Assembly: GCA_040954595.2 (NCBI GenBank)
Contig: CM082595.2
Location: 4,240,037 to 4,304,036 of the forward strand
Source: Balanoglossus misakiensis
Taxonomy: Eukaryota; Animalia; Hemichordata
Length of the DNA: 64,000 bases
Direction of reading: 5' to 3'
Shown in pieces: positions 38,598 to 51,900 of this stretch; positions within the stretch are counted from its first letter, which is position 1; the number at the start of each line of letters is the position of its first letter. A program made the translations under genes and the position numbers. The notes below the pieces were generated by a model. The model was given only the letters and a program-made list of their open reading frames with translations, searched no databases and was not told the DNA's origin.

Positions 38598-41500
38598 CAT
38601 TTGGCCATTTCTCACAAAAAATCATGGGTTATAGCTCATCAAAATCATTACAAAATCACAATTTTCCGACTTTTTTAATTTTCAAAATTTTGCCATTTTT
38701 CACAAAAATCATGGGTTATAGCCCATGAAAATCATCAAAAAATCACAATTTTCCGACTTTTTTAATTTTCAAAATTTTGCCATTTTTCACAAAAATCATG
38801 GGTTATAGCCCATGAAAATCATCAAAAAATCACAATTTTCCGACTTTTTTAATTTTCAAAATTTGGCCATTTTTCACAAAAATCATGGGTTATAGCCCAT
38901 GAAAATCATCAAAAAATGACAATTTTCCGACTTTTTTAATTTTCAAAATTTGGCCATTTTACACAAAAATCATGGGTTATAGCCCATGAAAATCATCAAA
39001 AAATGACAATTTTCCGACTTTTTTAATTTTCTAAATTTGGCCATTTTTCACAAAAATCATGGGTTATAGCCCATGAAAATCATCAAAAAATGACAATTTT
39101 CCGACTTTTTAATTTTCAAAATTGGGCCATTTTTCACAAAAATCATGGGTTATAGCCCATGATTTTCATCAAAAAATCACAATTTTCCGACTTTTTTAAT
39201 TTTCAAAATTTGGCCATTTTTCACAAAAATCATGGGTTATAGCCCATGAAAATCATCAAAAAATCACAATTTTCCGACTTTTTTAATTTTCAAAATTTGG
39301 CCATTTTTCACAAAAATCATGGGTTATAGCCCATGATTTTCATCAAAAAATCACAATTTTCCGACTTTTTTAATTTTCAAAATTTGGCCATTTTTCACAA
39401 AAATCATGGGTTATAGCCCATGATTTTCATCAAAAAATCACAATTTTCCGACTTTTTTAATTTTCAAAATTTGGCCATTTTTCACAAAAATCATGGGTTA
39501 TAGCCCATGATTTTCATCAAAAAATCACAATTTTCCGACTTTTTTAATTTTCAAAATTTGGCCATTTTTCACAAAAATCATGGGTTATAGCCCATGATTT
39601 TCATCAAAAAATCACAATTTTCCGACTTTTTTAATTTTCAAAATTTGGCCATTTTTCACAAAAATCATGGGTTATAGCCCATGATTTTCATCAAAAAATC
39701 ACAATTTTCCGACTTTTTAATTTTCAAAATTTGGCCATTTTTCACAAAAATCATGGGTTATAGCCCATGATTTTCATCAAAAAATCACAATTTTCCGACT
39801 TTTTTAATTTTCAAAATTTGGCCATTTTTCACAAAAATCATGGGTTATAGCCCATGATTTTCATCAAAAAATCACAATTTTCCGACTTTTTTAATTTTCA
39901 AAATTTGGCCATTTTTCACAAAAATCATGGGTTATAGCCCATGATTTTCATCAAAAAATCACAATTTTCCGACTTTTTTAATTTTCAAAATTTGGCCATT
40001 TTTCACAAAAATCATGGGTTATAGCCCATGATTTTCATCAAAAAATCACAATTTTCCGACTTTTTTAATTTTCAAAATTTGGCCATTTTTCACAAAAATC
40101 ATGGGTTATAGCCCATGATTTTCATCAAAAAATCACAATTTTCCGACTTTTTTAATTTTCAAAATTTGGCCATTTTTCACAAAAATCATGGGTTATAGCC
40201 CATGATTTTCATCAAAAAATCACAATTTTCCGACTTTTTTAATTTTCAAAATTTGGCCATTTTTCACAAAAATCATGGGTTATAGCCCATGATTTTCATC
40301 AAAAAATCACAATTTTCCGACTTTTTTAATTTTCAAAATTTGGCCTTTTTTCACAAAAATCATGGGTTATAGCCCATGATTTTCATCAAAAAATCACAAT
40401 TTTCCGACTTTTTTAATTTTCAAAATTTGGCCATTTTTCACAAAAATCATGGGTTATAGCCCATGATTTTCATCAAAAAATCACAATTTTCCGACTTTTT
40501 TAATTTTCAAAATTTGGCCATTTTTCACAAAAATCATGGGTTATAGCCCATGATTTTCATCAAAAAATCACAATTTTCCGACTTTTTTAATTTTCAAAAT
40601 TTGGCCATTTTTCACAAAAATCATGGGTTATAGCCCATGAAAATCATCAAAAAATCACAATTTTCCGACTTTTTTAATTTTCAAAATTTGGCCTTTTTTC
40701 ACAAAAATCATGGGTTATAGCCCATGAAAATCATCAAAAAATCACAATTTTCCGACTTTTTTAATTTTCAAAATTTGGCCATTTTTCACAAAAATCATGG
40801 GTTATAGCCCATGATTTTCATCAAAAAATCACAATTTTCCGACTTTTTTAATTTTCAAAATTTGGCCATTTTTCACAAAAATCATGGGTTATAGCCCATG
40901 ATTTTCATCAAAAAATCACAATTTTCCGACTTTTTTAATTTTCAAAATTTGGCCATTTTTCACAAAAATCATGGGTTATAGCCCATGATTTTCATCAAAA
41001 AATCACAATTTTCCGACTTTTTTAATTTTCAAAATTTGGCCATTTTTCACAAAAATCATGGGTTATAGCCCATGATTTTCATCAAAAAATCACAATTTTC
41101 CGACTTTTTTCATTTTCAAAATTTGGCCATTTTTCACAAAAATCATGGGTTATAGCCCATGATTTTCATCAAAAAATCACAATTTTCCGACTTTTTTAAT
41201 TTTCAAAATTTGGCCATTTTTCACAAAAATCATGGGTTATAGCCCATGATTGTCATCAAAAAATCACAATTTTCCGACTTTTTTAATTTTCAAAATTTGG
41301 CCATTTTTCACAAAAATCATGGGTTATAGCCCATGATTTTCATCAAAAAATCACAATTTTCCGACTTTTTTAATTTTCAAAATTTGGCCATTTTTCACAA
41401 AAATCATGGGTTATAGCCCATGATTTTCATCAAAAAATCACAATTTTCCGACTTTTTTAATTTTCAAAATTTGGCCATTTTTCACAAAAATCATGGGTTA

Positions 41501-44500
41501 TAGCCCATGATTTTCATCAAAAAATCACAATTTTCCGACTTTTTTAATTTTCAAAATTTGGCCATTTTTCACAAAAATCATGGGTTATAGCCCATGAAAA
41601 TCATCAAAAAATCACAATTTTCCGACTTTTTTAATTTTCAAAATTTGGCCATTTTTCACAAAAATCATGGGTTATAGCCCATGAAAATCATCAAAAAATC
41701 ACAATTTTCCGACTTTTTTAATCTTCAAAATTTGGCCATTTTTCACAAAAATCATGGGTTATAGCCCATGATTTTCATCAAAAAATCACAATTTTCCGAC
41801 TTTTTTCATTTTCAAAATTTGGCCATTTTTCACAAAAAACATGGGTTATAGCCCATGAAAATCATCAAAAAATCACAATTTTCCGACTTTTTTAATTTTC
41901 AAAATTTGGCCATTTTTCACAAAAATCATGGGTTATAGCCCATGATTTTCATCAAAAAATCACAATTTTCCGACTTTTTTAATTTTCAAAATTTGGCCAT
42001 TTTTCACAAAAATCATGGGTTATAGCCCATGATTTTCATCAAAAAATCACAATTTTCCGACTTTTTTAATTTTCAAAATTTGGCCATTTTTCACAAAAAT
42101 CATGGGTTATAGCCCATGAAAATCATCAAAAAATCACAATTTTCCGACTTTTTTAATTTTCAAAATTTGGCCATTTTTCACAAAAATCATGGGTTATAGC
42201 CCATGATTTTCATCAAAAAATCACAATTTTCCGACTTTTTTAATTTTCAAAATTTGGCCATTTTTCACAAAAATCATGGGTTATAGCCCATGATTTTCAT
42301 CAAAAAATCACAATTTTCCGACTTTTTTAATTTTCAAAATTTGGCCATTTTTCACAAAAATCATGGGTTATAGCCCATGATTTTCATCAAAAAATCACAA
42401 TTTTCCGACTTTTTTAATTTTCAAAATTTGGCCATTTTTCACAAAAATCATGGGTTATAGCCCATGATTTTCATCAAAAAATCACAATTTTCCGACTTTT
42501 TTAATTTTCAAAATTTGGCCATTTTTCACAAAAATCATGGGTTATAGCCCATGATTATCATCAAAAAATCACAATTTTCCGACTTTTTTAATTTTCAAAA
42601 TTTGGCCATTTTTCACAAAAATCATGGGTTATAGCCCATGAAAATCATCAAAAAATCACAATTTTCCGACTTTTTTAATTTTCAAAATTTGGCCATTTTT
42701 CACAAAAATCATGGGTTATAGCCCATGAAAATCATCAAAAAATCACAATTTTCCGACTTTTTTAATTTTCAAAATTTGGCCATTTTTCACAAAAATCATG
42801 GGTTATAAGCCCATGAAAATCATCAAAAAATCACAATTTTCCGACTTTTTTAATTTTCAAAATTTGGCCATTTTTCACAAAAATCATGGGTTATAGCCCA
42901 TGATTTTCATCAAAAAATCACAATTTTCCGACTTTTTTAATTTTCAAAATTTGGCCATTTTTCACAAAAATCATGGGTTATAGCCCATGAAAATCATCAA
43001 AAAATCACAATTTTCCGACTTTTTTAATTTTCAAAATTTGGCCATTTTTTTCACAAAAATCATGGGTTATAGCCCATGATTTTCATCAAAAAATCACAAT
43101 TTTCCGACTTTTTTAATTTTCAAAATTTGGCCATTTTTCACAAAAATCATGGGTTATAGCCCATGAAAATCATCAAAAAATCACAATTTTCCGACTTTTT
43201 TAATTTTCAAAATTTGGCCATTTTTCACAAAAATCATGGGTTATAGCCCATGAAAATCATCAAAAAATCACAATTTTCCGACTTTTTTAATTTTCAAAAT
43301 TTGGCCATTTTTCACAAAAATCATGGGTTATAGCCCATGAAAATCATCAAAAAATCACAATTTTCCGACTTTTTTAATTTTCAAAATTTGGCCATTTTTC
43401 ACAAAAATCATGGGTTATAGCCCATGATTTTCATCAAAAAATCACAATTTTCCGACTTTTTTAATTTTCAAAATTTGGCCATTTTTCACAAAAATCATGG
43501 GTTATAGCCCATGATTTTCATCAAAAAATCACAATTTTCCGACTTTTTTAATTTTCAAAATTTGGCCATTTTTCACAAAAATCATGGGTTATAGCCCATG
43601 ATTTTCATCAAAAAATCACAATTTTCCGACTTTTTTAATTTTCAAAATTTGGCCATTTTTCACAAAAATCATGGGTTATAGCCCATGAAAATCATCAAAA
43701 AATCACAATTTTCCGACTTTTTTAATTTTCAAAATTTAGCCATTTTTCACAAAAATCATGGGTTATAGCCCATGATTTTCATCAAAAAATCACAATTTTC
43801 CGACTTTTTTAATTTTCAAAATTTGGCCATTTTTCACAAAAATCATGGGTTATAGCCCATGATTTTCATCAAAAAATCACAATTTTCCGACTTTTTTAAA
43901 TTTCAAAATTTGGCCATTTTTCACAAAAATCATGGGTTATAGCCCATGATTTTCATCAAAAAATCACAATTTTCCGACTTTTTTAATTTTCAAAATTTGG
44001 CCATTTTTCACAAAAATCATGGGTTATAGCCCATGATTTTCATCAAAAAATCACAATTTTCCGACTTTTTTAATTTTCAAAATTTGGCCATTTTTCACAA
44101 AAATCATGGGTTATAGACCATGATTTTCATCAAAAAATCACAATTTTCCGACTTTTTTAATTTTCAAAATTTGGCCATTTTTCACAAAAATCATGGGTTA
44201 TAGCCCATGATTTTCATCAAAAAATCACAATTTTCCGACTTTTTTAATTTTCAAAATTTGGCCATTTTTCACAAAATCATGGGTTATAGCCCATGATTTT
44301 CATCAAAAAATCACAATTTTCCGACTTTTTTAATTTTCAAAATTTGGCCATTTTTCACAAAAATCATGGGTTATAGCCCATGAAAATCATCAAAAAATCA
44401 CAATTTTCCGACTTTTTAATTTTCAAAATTTGGCCATTTTTCACAAAAATCATGGGTTATAGCCCATGAAAATCATCAAAAAATCACAAATTTTCCGACT

Positions 44501-47500
44501 TTTTTAATTTTCAAAATTTGGCCATTTTTCACAAAAATCATGGGTTATAGCCCATGATTTTCATCAAAAAATCACAATTTTCTGACTTTTTTAATTTTCA
44601 AAATTTGGCCATTTTTCACAAAAATCATGGGTTATAGCCCATGATTTTCATCAAAAAATCACAATTTTCCGACTTTTTTAATTTTCAAAATTTGGCCATT
44701 TTTCACAAAAATCATGGGTTATAGCCCATGATTTTCATTAAAAAATCACAATTTTCCGACTTTTTTAATTTTCAAAATTTGGCCATTTTTCACAAAAATC
44801 ATGGGTTATAGCCCATGAAAATCATCAAAAAATCACAATTTTCGACTTTTTTAATTTTCAAAATTTGGCCATTTTTCACAAAAATCATGGGTTATAGCCC
44901 ATGAAAATCATCAAAAAATCACAATTTTCCGACTTTTTTAATTTTCAAAATTTGGCCATTTTTCACAAAAATCATGGGTTTATAGCCCATGAAAATCATC
45001 GAAAAATCACAATTTTCCGACTTTTTTAATTTTCAAAATTTGGCCATTTTTCACAAAAATCATGGGTTATAGCCCATGATTTCATCAAAAAATCACAATT
45101 TTCCGACTTTTTTAATTTTCAAAATTTGGCCATTTTTCACAAAAATCATGGGTTATAGCCCATGATTTTCATCAAAAAATCACAATTTTCCGACTTTTTT
45201 AATTTTCAAAATTTGGCCATTTTTCACAAAAATCATGGGTTATAGCCCATGATTTTCATCAAAAAATCACCAATTTTCCGACTTTTTTAATTTTCAAAAT
45301 TTGGCCATTTTTCACAAAAATCATGGGTTATAGCCCATGAAAATCATCAAAAAATCACAATTTTCCGACTTTTTTAATTTTCAAAATTTGGCCATTTTTC
45401 ACAAAAATCATGGGTTATAGCCCATGATTTTCATCAAAAAATCACACTTTTCCGACTTTTTTAATTTTCAAAATTTGGCCATTTTTCACAAAAATCATGG
45501 GTTATAGCCCATGATTTTCATCAAAAAATCACAATTTTCCGACTTTTTTAATTTTCAAAATTTGGCCATTTTTCACAAAAATCATGGGTTATAGCCCATG
45601 ATTTTCATCAAAAAATCACAATTTTCCGACTTTTCTAATTTTCAAAATTTGGCCATTTTTCACAAAAATCATGGGTTATAGCCCATGATTTTCATCAAAA
45701 ATCACAATTTTCCGACTTTTCTAATTTTCAAAATTTGGCCATTTTTCACAAAAATCATGGGTTATAGCCCATGATTTTCATCAAAAAATCACAATTTTCC
45801 GACTTTTTTAATTTTCAAATTTGGCCATTTTTCACAAAAATCATGGGTTTATAGCCCATGAAAATCATCGAAAAATCACAATTTTCCGACTTTTTAATTT
45901 TCAAAATTTGGCCATTTTTCACAAAAATCATGGGTTATAGCCCATGATTTTCATCAAAAAATCACAATTTTCCGACTTTTTTAATTTTCAAAATTTGGCC
46001 ATTTTTCACAAAAATCATGGGTTATAGCCCATGATTTTCATCAAAAAATCACAATTTTCCGACTTTTTTAATTTTCAAAATTTGGCCATTTTTCACAAAA
46101 ATCATGGGTTATAGCCCATGATTTTCATCAAAAAATCACAATTTTCCGACTTTTTTAATTTTCAAAATTTGGCCATTTTTCACAAAAATCATGGGTTATA
46201 GCCCATGAAAATCATCAAAAAATCACAATTTTCCGACTTTTTTAATTTTCAAAATTTGGCCATTTTTCACAAAAATCATGGGTTATAGCCCATGATTTTC
46301 ATCAAAAAATCACACTTTTCCGACTTTTTTAATTTTCAAAATTTGGCCATTTTTCACAAAAATCATGGGTTATAGCCATGATTTTCATCAAAAAATCACA
46401 ATTTTCCGACTTTTTTAATTTTCAAAATTTGGCCATTTTTCACAAAAATCATGGGTTATAGCCCAAGATTTTCATCAAAAAATCACAATTTTCCGACTTT
46501 TCTAATTTTCAAAATTTGGCCATTTTCACAAAAATCATGGGTTATAGCCCATGATTTTCATCAAAAAATCACAATTTTCCGACTTTTTTAATTTTCAAAA
46601 TTTGGCCATTTTTCACAAAAAATCATGGGTTATAGCCCATGAAAATCATCAAAAAATCACAATTTTCCGACTTTTCTAATTTTCAAAATTTGGCCATTTT
46701 CACAAAATCATGGGTTATAGCCCATGATTTTCATCAAAAAATCACAATTTTCCGACTTTTTAATTTTCAAAATTTGGCCATTTTTCACAAAAATCATGGG
46801 TTATAGCCCATGATTTTCATCAAAAAATCACAATTTTCCGACTTTTCTAATTTTCAAAATTTGGCCATTTTTCACAAAAATCATGGGTTATAGCCCATGA
46901 TTTTCATCAAAAAATCACAATTTTACGACTTTTTTAATTTTCAAAATTTGGCCATTTTTCCAAAAAATCATGGGTTATAGCCCATGATTTTCATCAAAAA
47001 ATCACAATTTTCCGACTTTTTTAATTTTCAAAATTTGGCCATTTTTCACAAAAATCATGGGTTATAGCCCATGATTTTCATCAAAAAAATCACAATTTTC
47101 CGACTTTTCTAATTTTCAAAATTTGGCCATTTTTCACAAAAATCATGGTTATAGCCCATGATTTTCATCAAAAAATCACAATTTTCCGACTTTTTTAATT
47201 TTCAAATTTGGCCATTTTTCACAAAAATCATGGGTTATAGCCCATGATTTTCATCAAAAAATCACAATTTTCCGACTTTTTTAATTTTCAAAATTTGGCC
47301 ATTTTTCACAAAAATCATGGGTTATAGCCCATGATTTTCATCAAAAAATCACAATTTTCCGACTTTTTTAATTTTCAAAATTTGGCCATTTTTCACAAAA
47401 ATCATGGGTTATAGCCCATGATTTTCATCAAAAAATCACAATTTTCCGACTTTTTTAATTTTCAAAATTTGGCCATTTTTCAACAAAAATCATGGGTTAT

Positions 47501-48895
47501 AGCCCATGATTTCATCAAAAAATCACAATTTTCCGACTTTTTAATTTTCAAAATTTGGCCATTTTTCCACAAAAATCATGGGTTATAGCCCATGATTTTC
47601 ATCAAAAAATCACAATTTTCCGACTTTTTTAATTTTCAAAATTTGGCCATTTTTCACAAAAATCATGGGTTATAGCCCATGATTTTCATCAAAAAATCAC
47701 AATTTTCCGACTTTTTAATTTTCAAAATTTGGCCATTTTTCACAAAAATCATGGGTTATAGCACATGATTTTCATCAAAAAATCACAATTTTCCGACTTT
47801 TCTAATTTTCAAAATTTGGCCATTTTTCACAAAAATCATGGGTTATAGCCCATGATTTTCATCAAAAAATCACAATTTTCCGACTTTTTAATTTTCAAAA
47901 TTTGGCCATTTTTCACAAAAATCATGGGTTATAGCCCATGATTTTCATCAAAAAATCACAATTTTCCGACTTTTTTAATTTTCAAAATTTGGCCATTTTT
48001 CACAAAAATCATGGGTTATAGCCCATGATTTTCATCAAAAAATCACAATTTTCCGACTTTTTTAATTTTCAAAATTTGGCCATTTTTCACAAAAATCATG
48101 GGTTATAGCCCATGATTTTCATCAAAAAATCACAATTTTCCGACTTTTTTAATTTTCAAAATTTGGCCATTTTTCACAAAAATCATGGGTTATAGCACAT
48201 GATTTTCATCAAAAAATCACAATTTTCCGACTTTTCTAATTTTCAAAATTTGGCCATTTTTCACAAAAATCATGGGTTATAGCACATGATTTTCATCAAA
48301 AAATCACAATTTTCCGACTTTTCTAATTTTCAAAATTTGGCCATTTTTCACAAAAATCATGGGTTATAGCCCATGATTTTCATCAAAAAATCACAATTTT
48401 CCGACTTTTTTAATTTTCAAATTTGGCCATTTTTCACAAAAATCATGAGTTATAGCCATGATTTTCATCAAAAAATCACAATTTTCCGACTTTTTTAATT
48501 TTCAAAATTTGGCCATTTTTCACAAAAATCATGATTTTCATCATGATTTTCATCAAAAAATCACAATTTTCCGACTTTTTTAATTTTCAAAATTTGGCCA
48601 TTTTTCACAAAAATCATGGGTTATAGCCCATGATTTTCATCAAAAAATCACAATTTTCCGACTTTTTTAATTTTCAAAATTTGGCCATTTTTCACAAAAA
48701 TCATGGGTTATAGCCCATGATTTTCATCAAAAAATCACAATTTTCCGACTTTTTTAATTTTCAAAATTTGGCCATTTTTCACAAAAATCATGGGTTATAG
48801 CCCATGATTTTCATCAAAAAATCACAATTTTCCGACTTTTTTAATTTTCAAAATTTGGCCATTTTTCACAAAAATCATGGGTTATAGCCCATGAT
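38598..48895 (+). repeat. 87-bp satellite array, left arm (~118 monomers, forward orientation)
   Basis: Consensus CATTTTTCACAAAAATCATGGGTTATAGCCCATGATTTTCATCAAAAAATCACAATTTTCCGACTTTTTTAATTTTCAAAATTTGGC (87 nt). The register recurs every 1,740 nt = 20 x 87 (lines 39,721 and 41,461). The first copies are more diverged. Confidence 0.99.
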
Positions 48896-48992
48896 TTTTG
48901 TGAAAAATGTTTTAGTAGTTTTATAATTTTATTGGTATTTTAAAAATGTTTTCCTGTTTTTTTGTTTACTTTTTTATTATATTTTTTTATAG
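48860..48992. other. Orientation-switch junction of the satellite: 22-bp perfect inverted arms plus a 77-nt T-rich spacer
   Basis: CATTTTTCACAAAAATCATGGG-ttatag-CCCATGATTTTTGTGAAAAATG (48,860-48,909), then low-complexity sequence at 48,910-48,986, then ttatagcccatgatttttgtg again leading into reverse monomers. Confidence 0.9.
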
Positions 48993-51900
48993 CCCATGAT
49001 TTTTGTGAAAAATGGCCAAATTTTGAAAATTAAAAAAGTCGGAAAATTGTGATTTTTTGATGAAAATCATGGGCTATAACCCATGATTTTTGTGAAAAAT
49101 GGCCAAATTTTGAAAATTAAAAAAGTCGGAAAATTGTGATTTTTTGATGAAAATCATGGGCTATAACCCATGATTTTTGTGAAAAATGGCCAAATTTTGA
49201 AAATTAAAAAAGTCGGAAAATTGTGATTTTTTGATGAAAATCATGGGCTATAACCCATGATTTTTGTGAAAAATGGCCAAATTTTGAAAATTAAAAAAGT
49301 CGGAAAATTGTGATTTTTTGATGAAAATCATGGGCTATTACCCATGATTTTTGTGAAAAATGGCCAAATTTCGAAAATTAGAAAAGTCGGAAAATTGTGA
49401 TTTTTTGATGAAAATCATGGGCTATAACCCATGATTTTTGTGAAAAATGGCCAAATTTTGAAAATTAAAAAAGTCGGAAAATTGTGATTTTTTGATGAAA
49501 ATCATGGGCTATAACCCATGATTTTTGTGAAAAATGGCCAAATTTTGAAAATTAAAAAAGTCGGAAAATTGTGATTTTTTGATGAAAATCATGGGCTATA
49601 ACCCATGATTTTTGTGAAAAATGGCCAAATTTTGAAAATTAAAAAAGTCGGAAAATTGTGATTTTTTGATGAAAATCATGGGCTATAACCCATGATTTTT
49701 GTGAAAAATGGCCAAATTTTGAAAATTAGAAAAGTCGGAAAATTGTGATTTTTTGATGAAAATCATGGGCTATAACCCATGATTTTTGTGAAAAATGGCC
49801 AAATTTTGAAAATTAAAAAAGTCGGAAAATTGTGATTTTTTGATGAAAATCATGGGCTATAACCCATGATTTTTGTGAAAAATGGCCAAATTTTGAAAAT
49901 TAAAAAAGTCGGAAAATTGTGATTTTTTGATGAAAATCATGGGCTATAACCCATGATTTTTGTGAAAAATGGCCAAATTTTGAAAATTAAAAAAGTCGGA
50001 AAATTGTGATTTTTTGATGAAAATCATGGGCTATAACCCATGATTTTTGTGAAAAATGGCCAAATTTTGAAAATTAAAAAAGTCGGAAAATTGTGATTTT
50101 TTGATGAAAATCATGGGCTATAACCCATGATTTTTGTGAAAAATGGCCAAATTTTGAAAATTAGAAAAGTCGGAAAATTGTGATTTTTTGATGAAAATCA
50201 TGGGCTATAACCCATGATTTTTGTGAAAAATGGCCAAATTTTGAAAATTAGAAAAGTCGGAAAATTGTGATTTTTTGATGAAAATCATGGGCTATAACCC
50301 ATGATTTTTGTGAAAAATGGCCAAATGTCGAAAATTAAAAAATCGGAAAATTGTGATTTTTTGATGAAAATCATGGGCTATAACCCATGATTTTTGTGAA
50401 AAATGGCCAAATTTTGAAAATTAAAAAAGTCGGAAAATTGTGATTTTTTGATGAAAATCATGGGCTATAACCCATGATTTTTGTGAAAAATGGCCAAATT
50501 TTGAAAATTAAAAAAGTCGGAAAATTGTGATTTTTTGATGAAAATCATGGGCTATAACCCATGATTTTTGTGAAAAATGGCCAAATTTTGAAAATTAAAA
50601 AAGTCGGAAAATTGTGATTTTTTGATGAAAATCATGGGCTATAACCCATGATTTTTGTGAAAAATGGCCAAATTTTGAAAATTAAAAAAGTCGGAAAATT
50701 GTGATTTTTTGATGAAAATCATGGGCTATAACCCATGATTTTTGTGAAAAATGGCCAAATTTTGAAAATTAGAAAAGTCGGAAAATTGTGATTTTTTGAT
50801 GAAAATCATGGGCTATAACCCATGATTTTTGTGAAAAATGGCCAAATTTTGAAAATTAGAAAAGTCGGAAAATTGTGATTTTTTGATGAAAATCATGGGC
50901 TATAACCCATGATTTTTGTGAAAAATGGCCAAATTTTGAAAATTAGAAAAGTCGGAAAATTGTGATTTTTTGATGAAAATCATGGGCTATAACCCATGAT
51001 TTTTGTGAAAAATGGCCAAATTTTGAAAATTAAAAAAGTCGGAAAAGTGTGATTTTTTGATGAAAATCATGGGCTATAACCCATGATTTTTGTGAAAAAT
51101 GGCCAAATTTTGAAAATTAAAAAAGTCGGAAAAGTGTGATTTTTTGATGAAAATCATGGGCTATAACCCATGATTTTTGTGAAAAATGGCCAAATTTTGA
51201 AAATTAAAAAAGTCGGAAAATTGTGATTTTTTGATGAAAATCATGGGCTATAACCCATGATTTTTGTGAAAAATGGCCAAATTTTGAAAATTAAAAAAGT
51301 CGGAAAATTGTGATTTTTTGATGAAAATCATGGGCTATAACCCATGATTTTTGTGAAAAATGGCCAAATTTTGAAAATTAGAAAAGTCGGAAAATTGTGA
51401 TTTTTTGATGAAAATCATGGGCTATAACCCATGATTTTTGTGAAAAATGGCCAAATTTTGAAAATTAAAAAAGTCGGAAAATTGTGATTTTTTGATGAAA
51501 ATCATGGGCTATAACCCATGATTTTTGTGAAAAATGGCCAAATTTTGAAAATTAAAAAAGTCGGAAAATTGTGATTTTTTGATGAAAATCATGGGCTATA
51601 ACCCATGATTTTTGTGAAAAATGGCCAAATTTTGAAAATTAGAAAAGTCGGAAAATTGTGATTTTTTGATGAAAATCATGGGCTATAACCCATGATTTTT
51701 GTGAAAAATGGCCAAATTTTGAAAATTAGAAAAGTCGGAAAATTGTGATTTTTTGATGAAAATCATGGGCTATAACCCATGATTTTTGTGAAAAATGGCC
51801 AAATTTTGAAAATTAGAAAAGTCGGAAAATTGTGATTTTTTGATGAAAATCATGGGCTATAACCCATGATTTTTGTGAAAAATGGCCAAATTTTGAAAAT

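Noticed and set aside
38422-38728. ORFs at the array edge
   Set aside because: Translations of diverged satellite monomers; the consensus array gives no ORF in the track.
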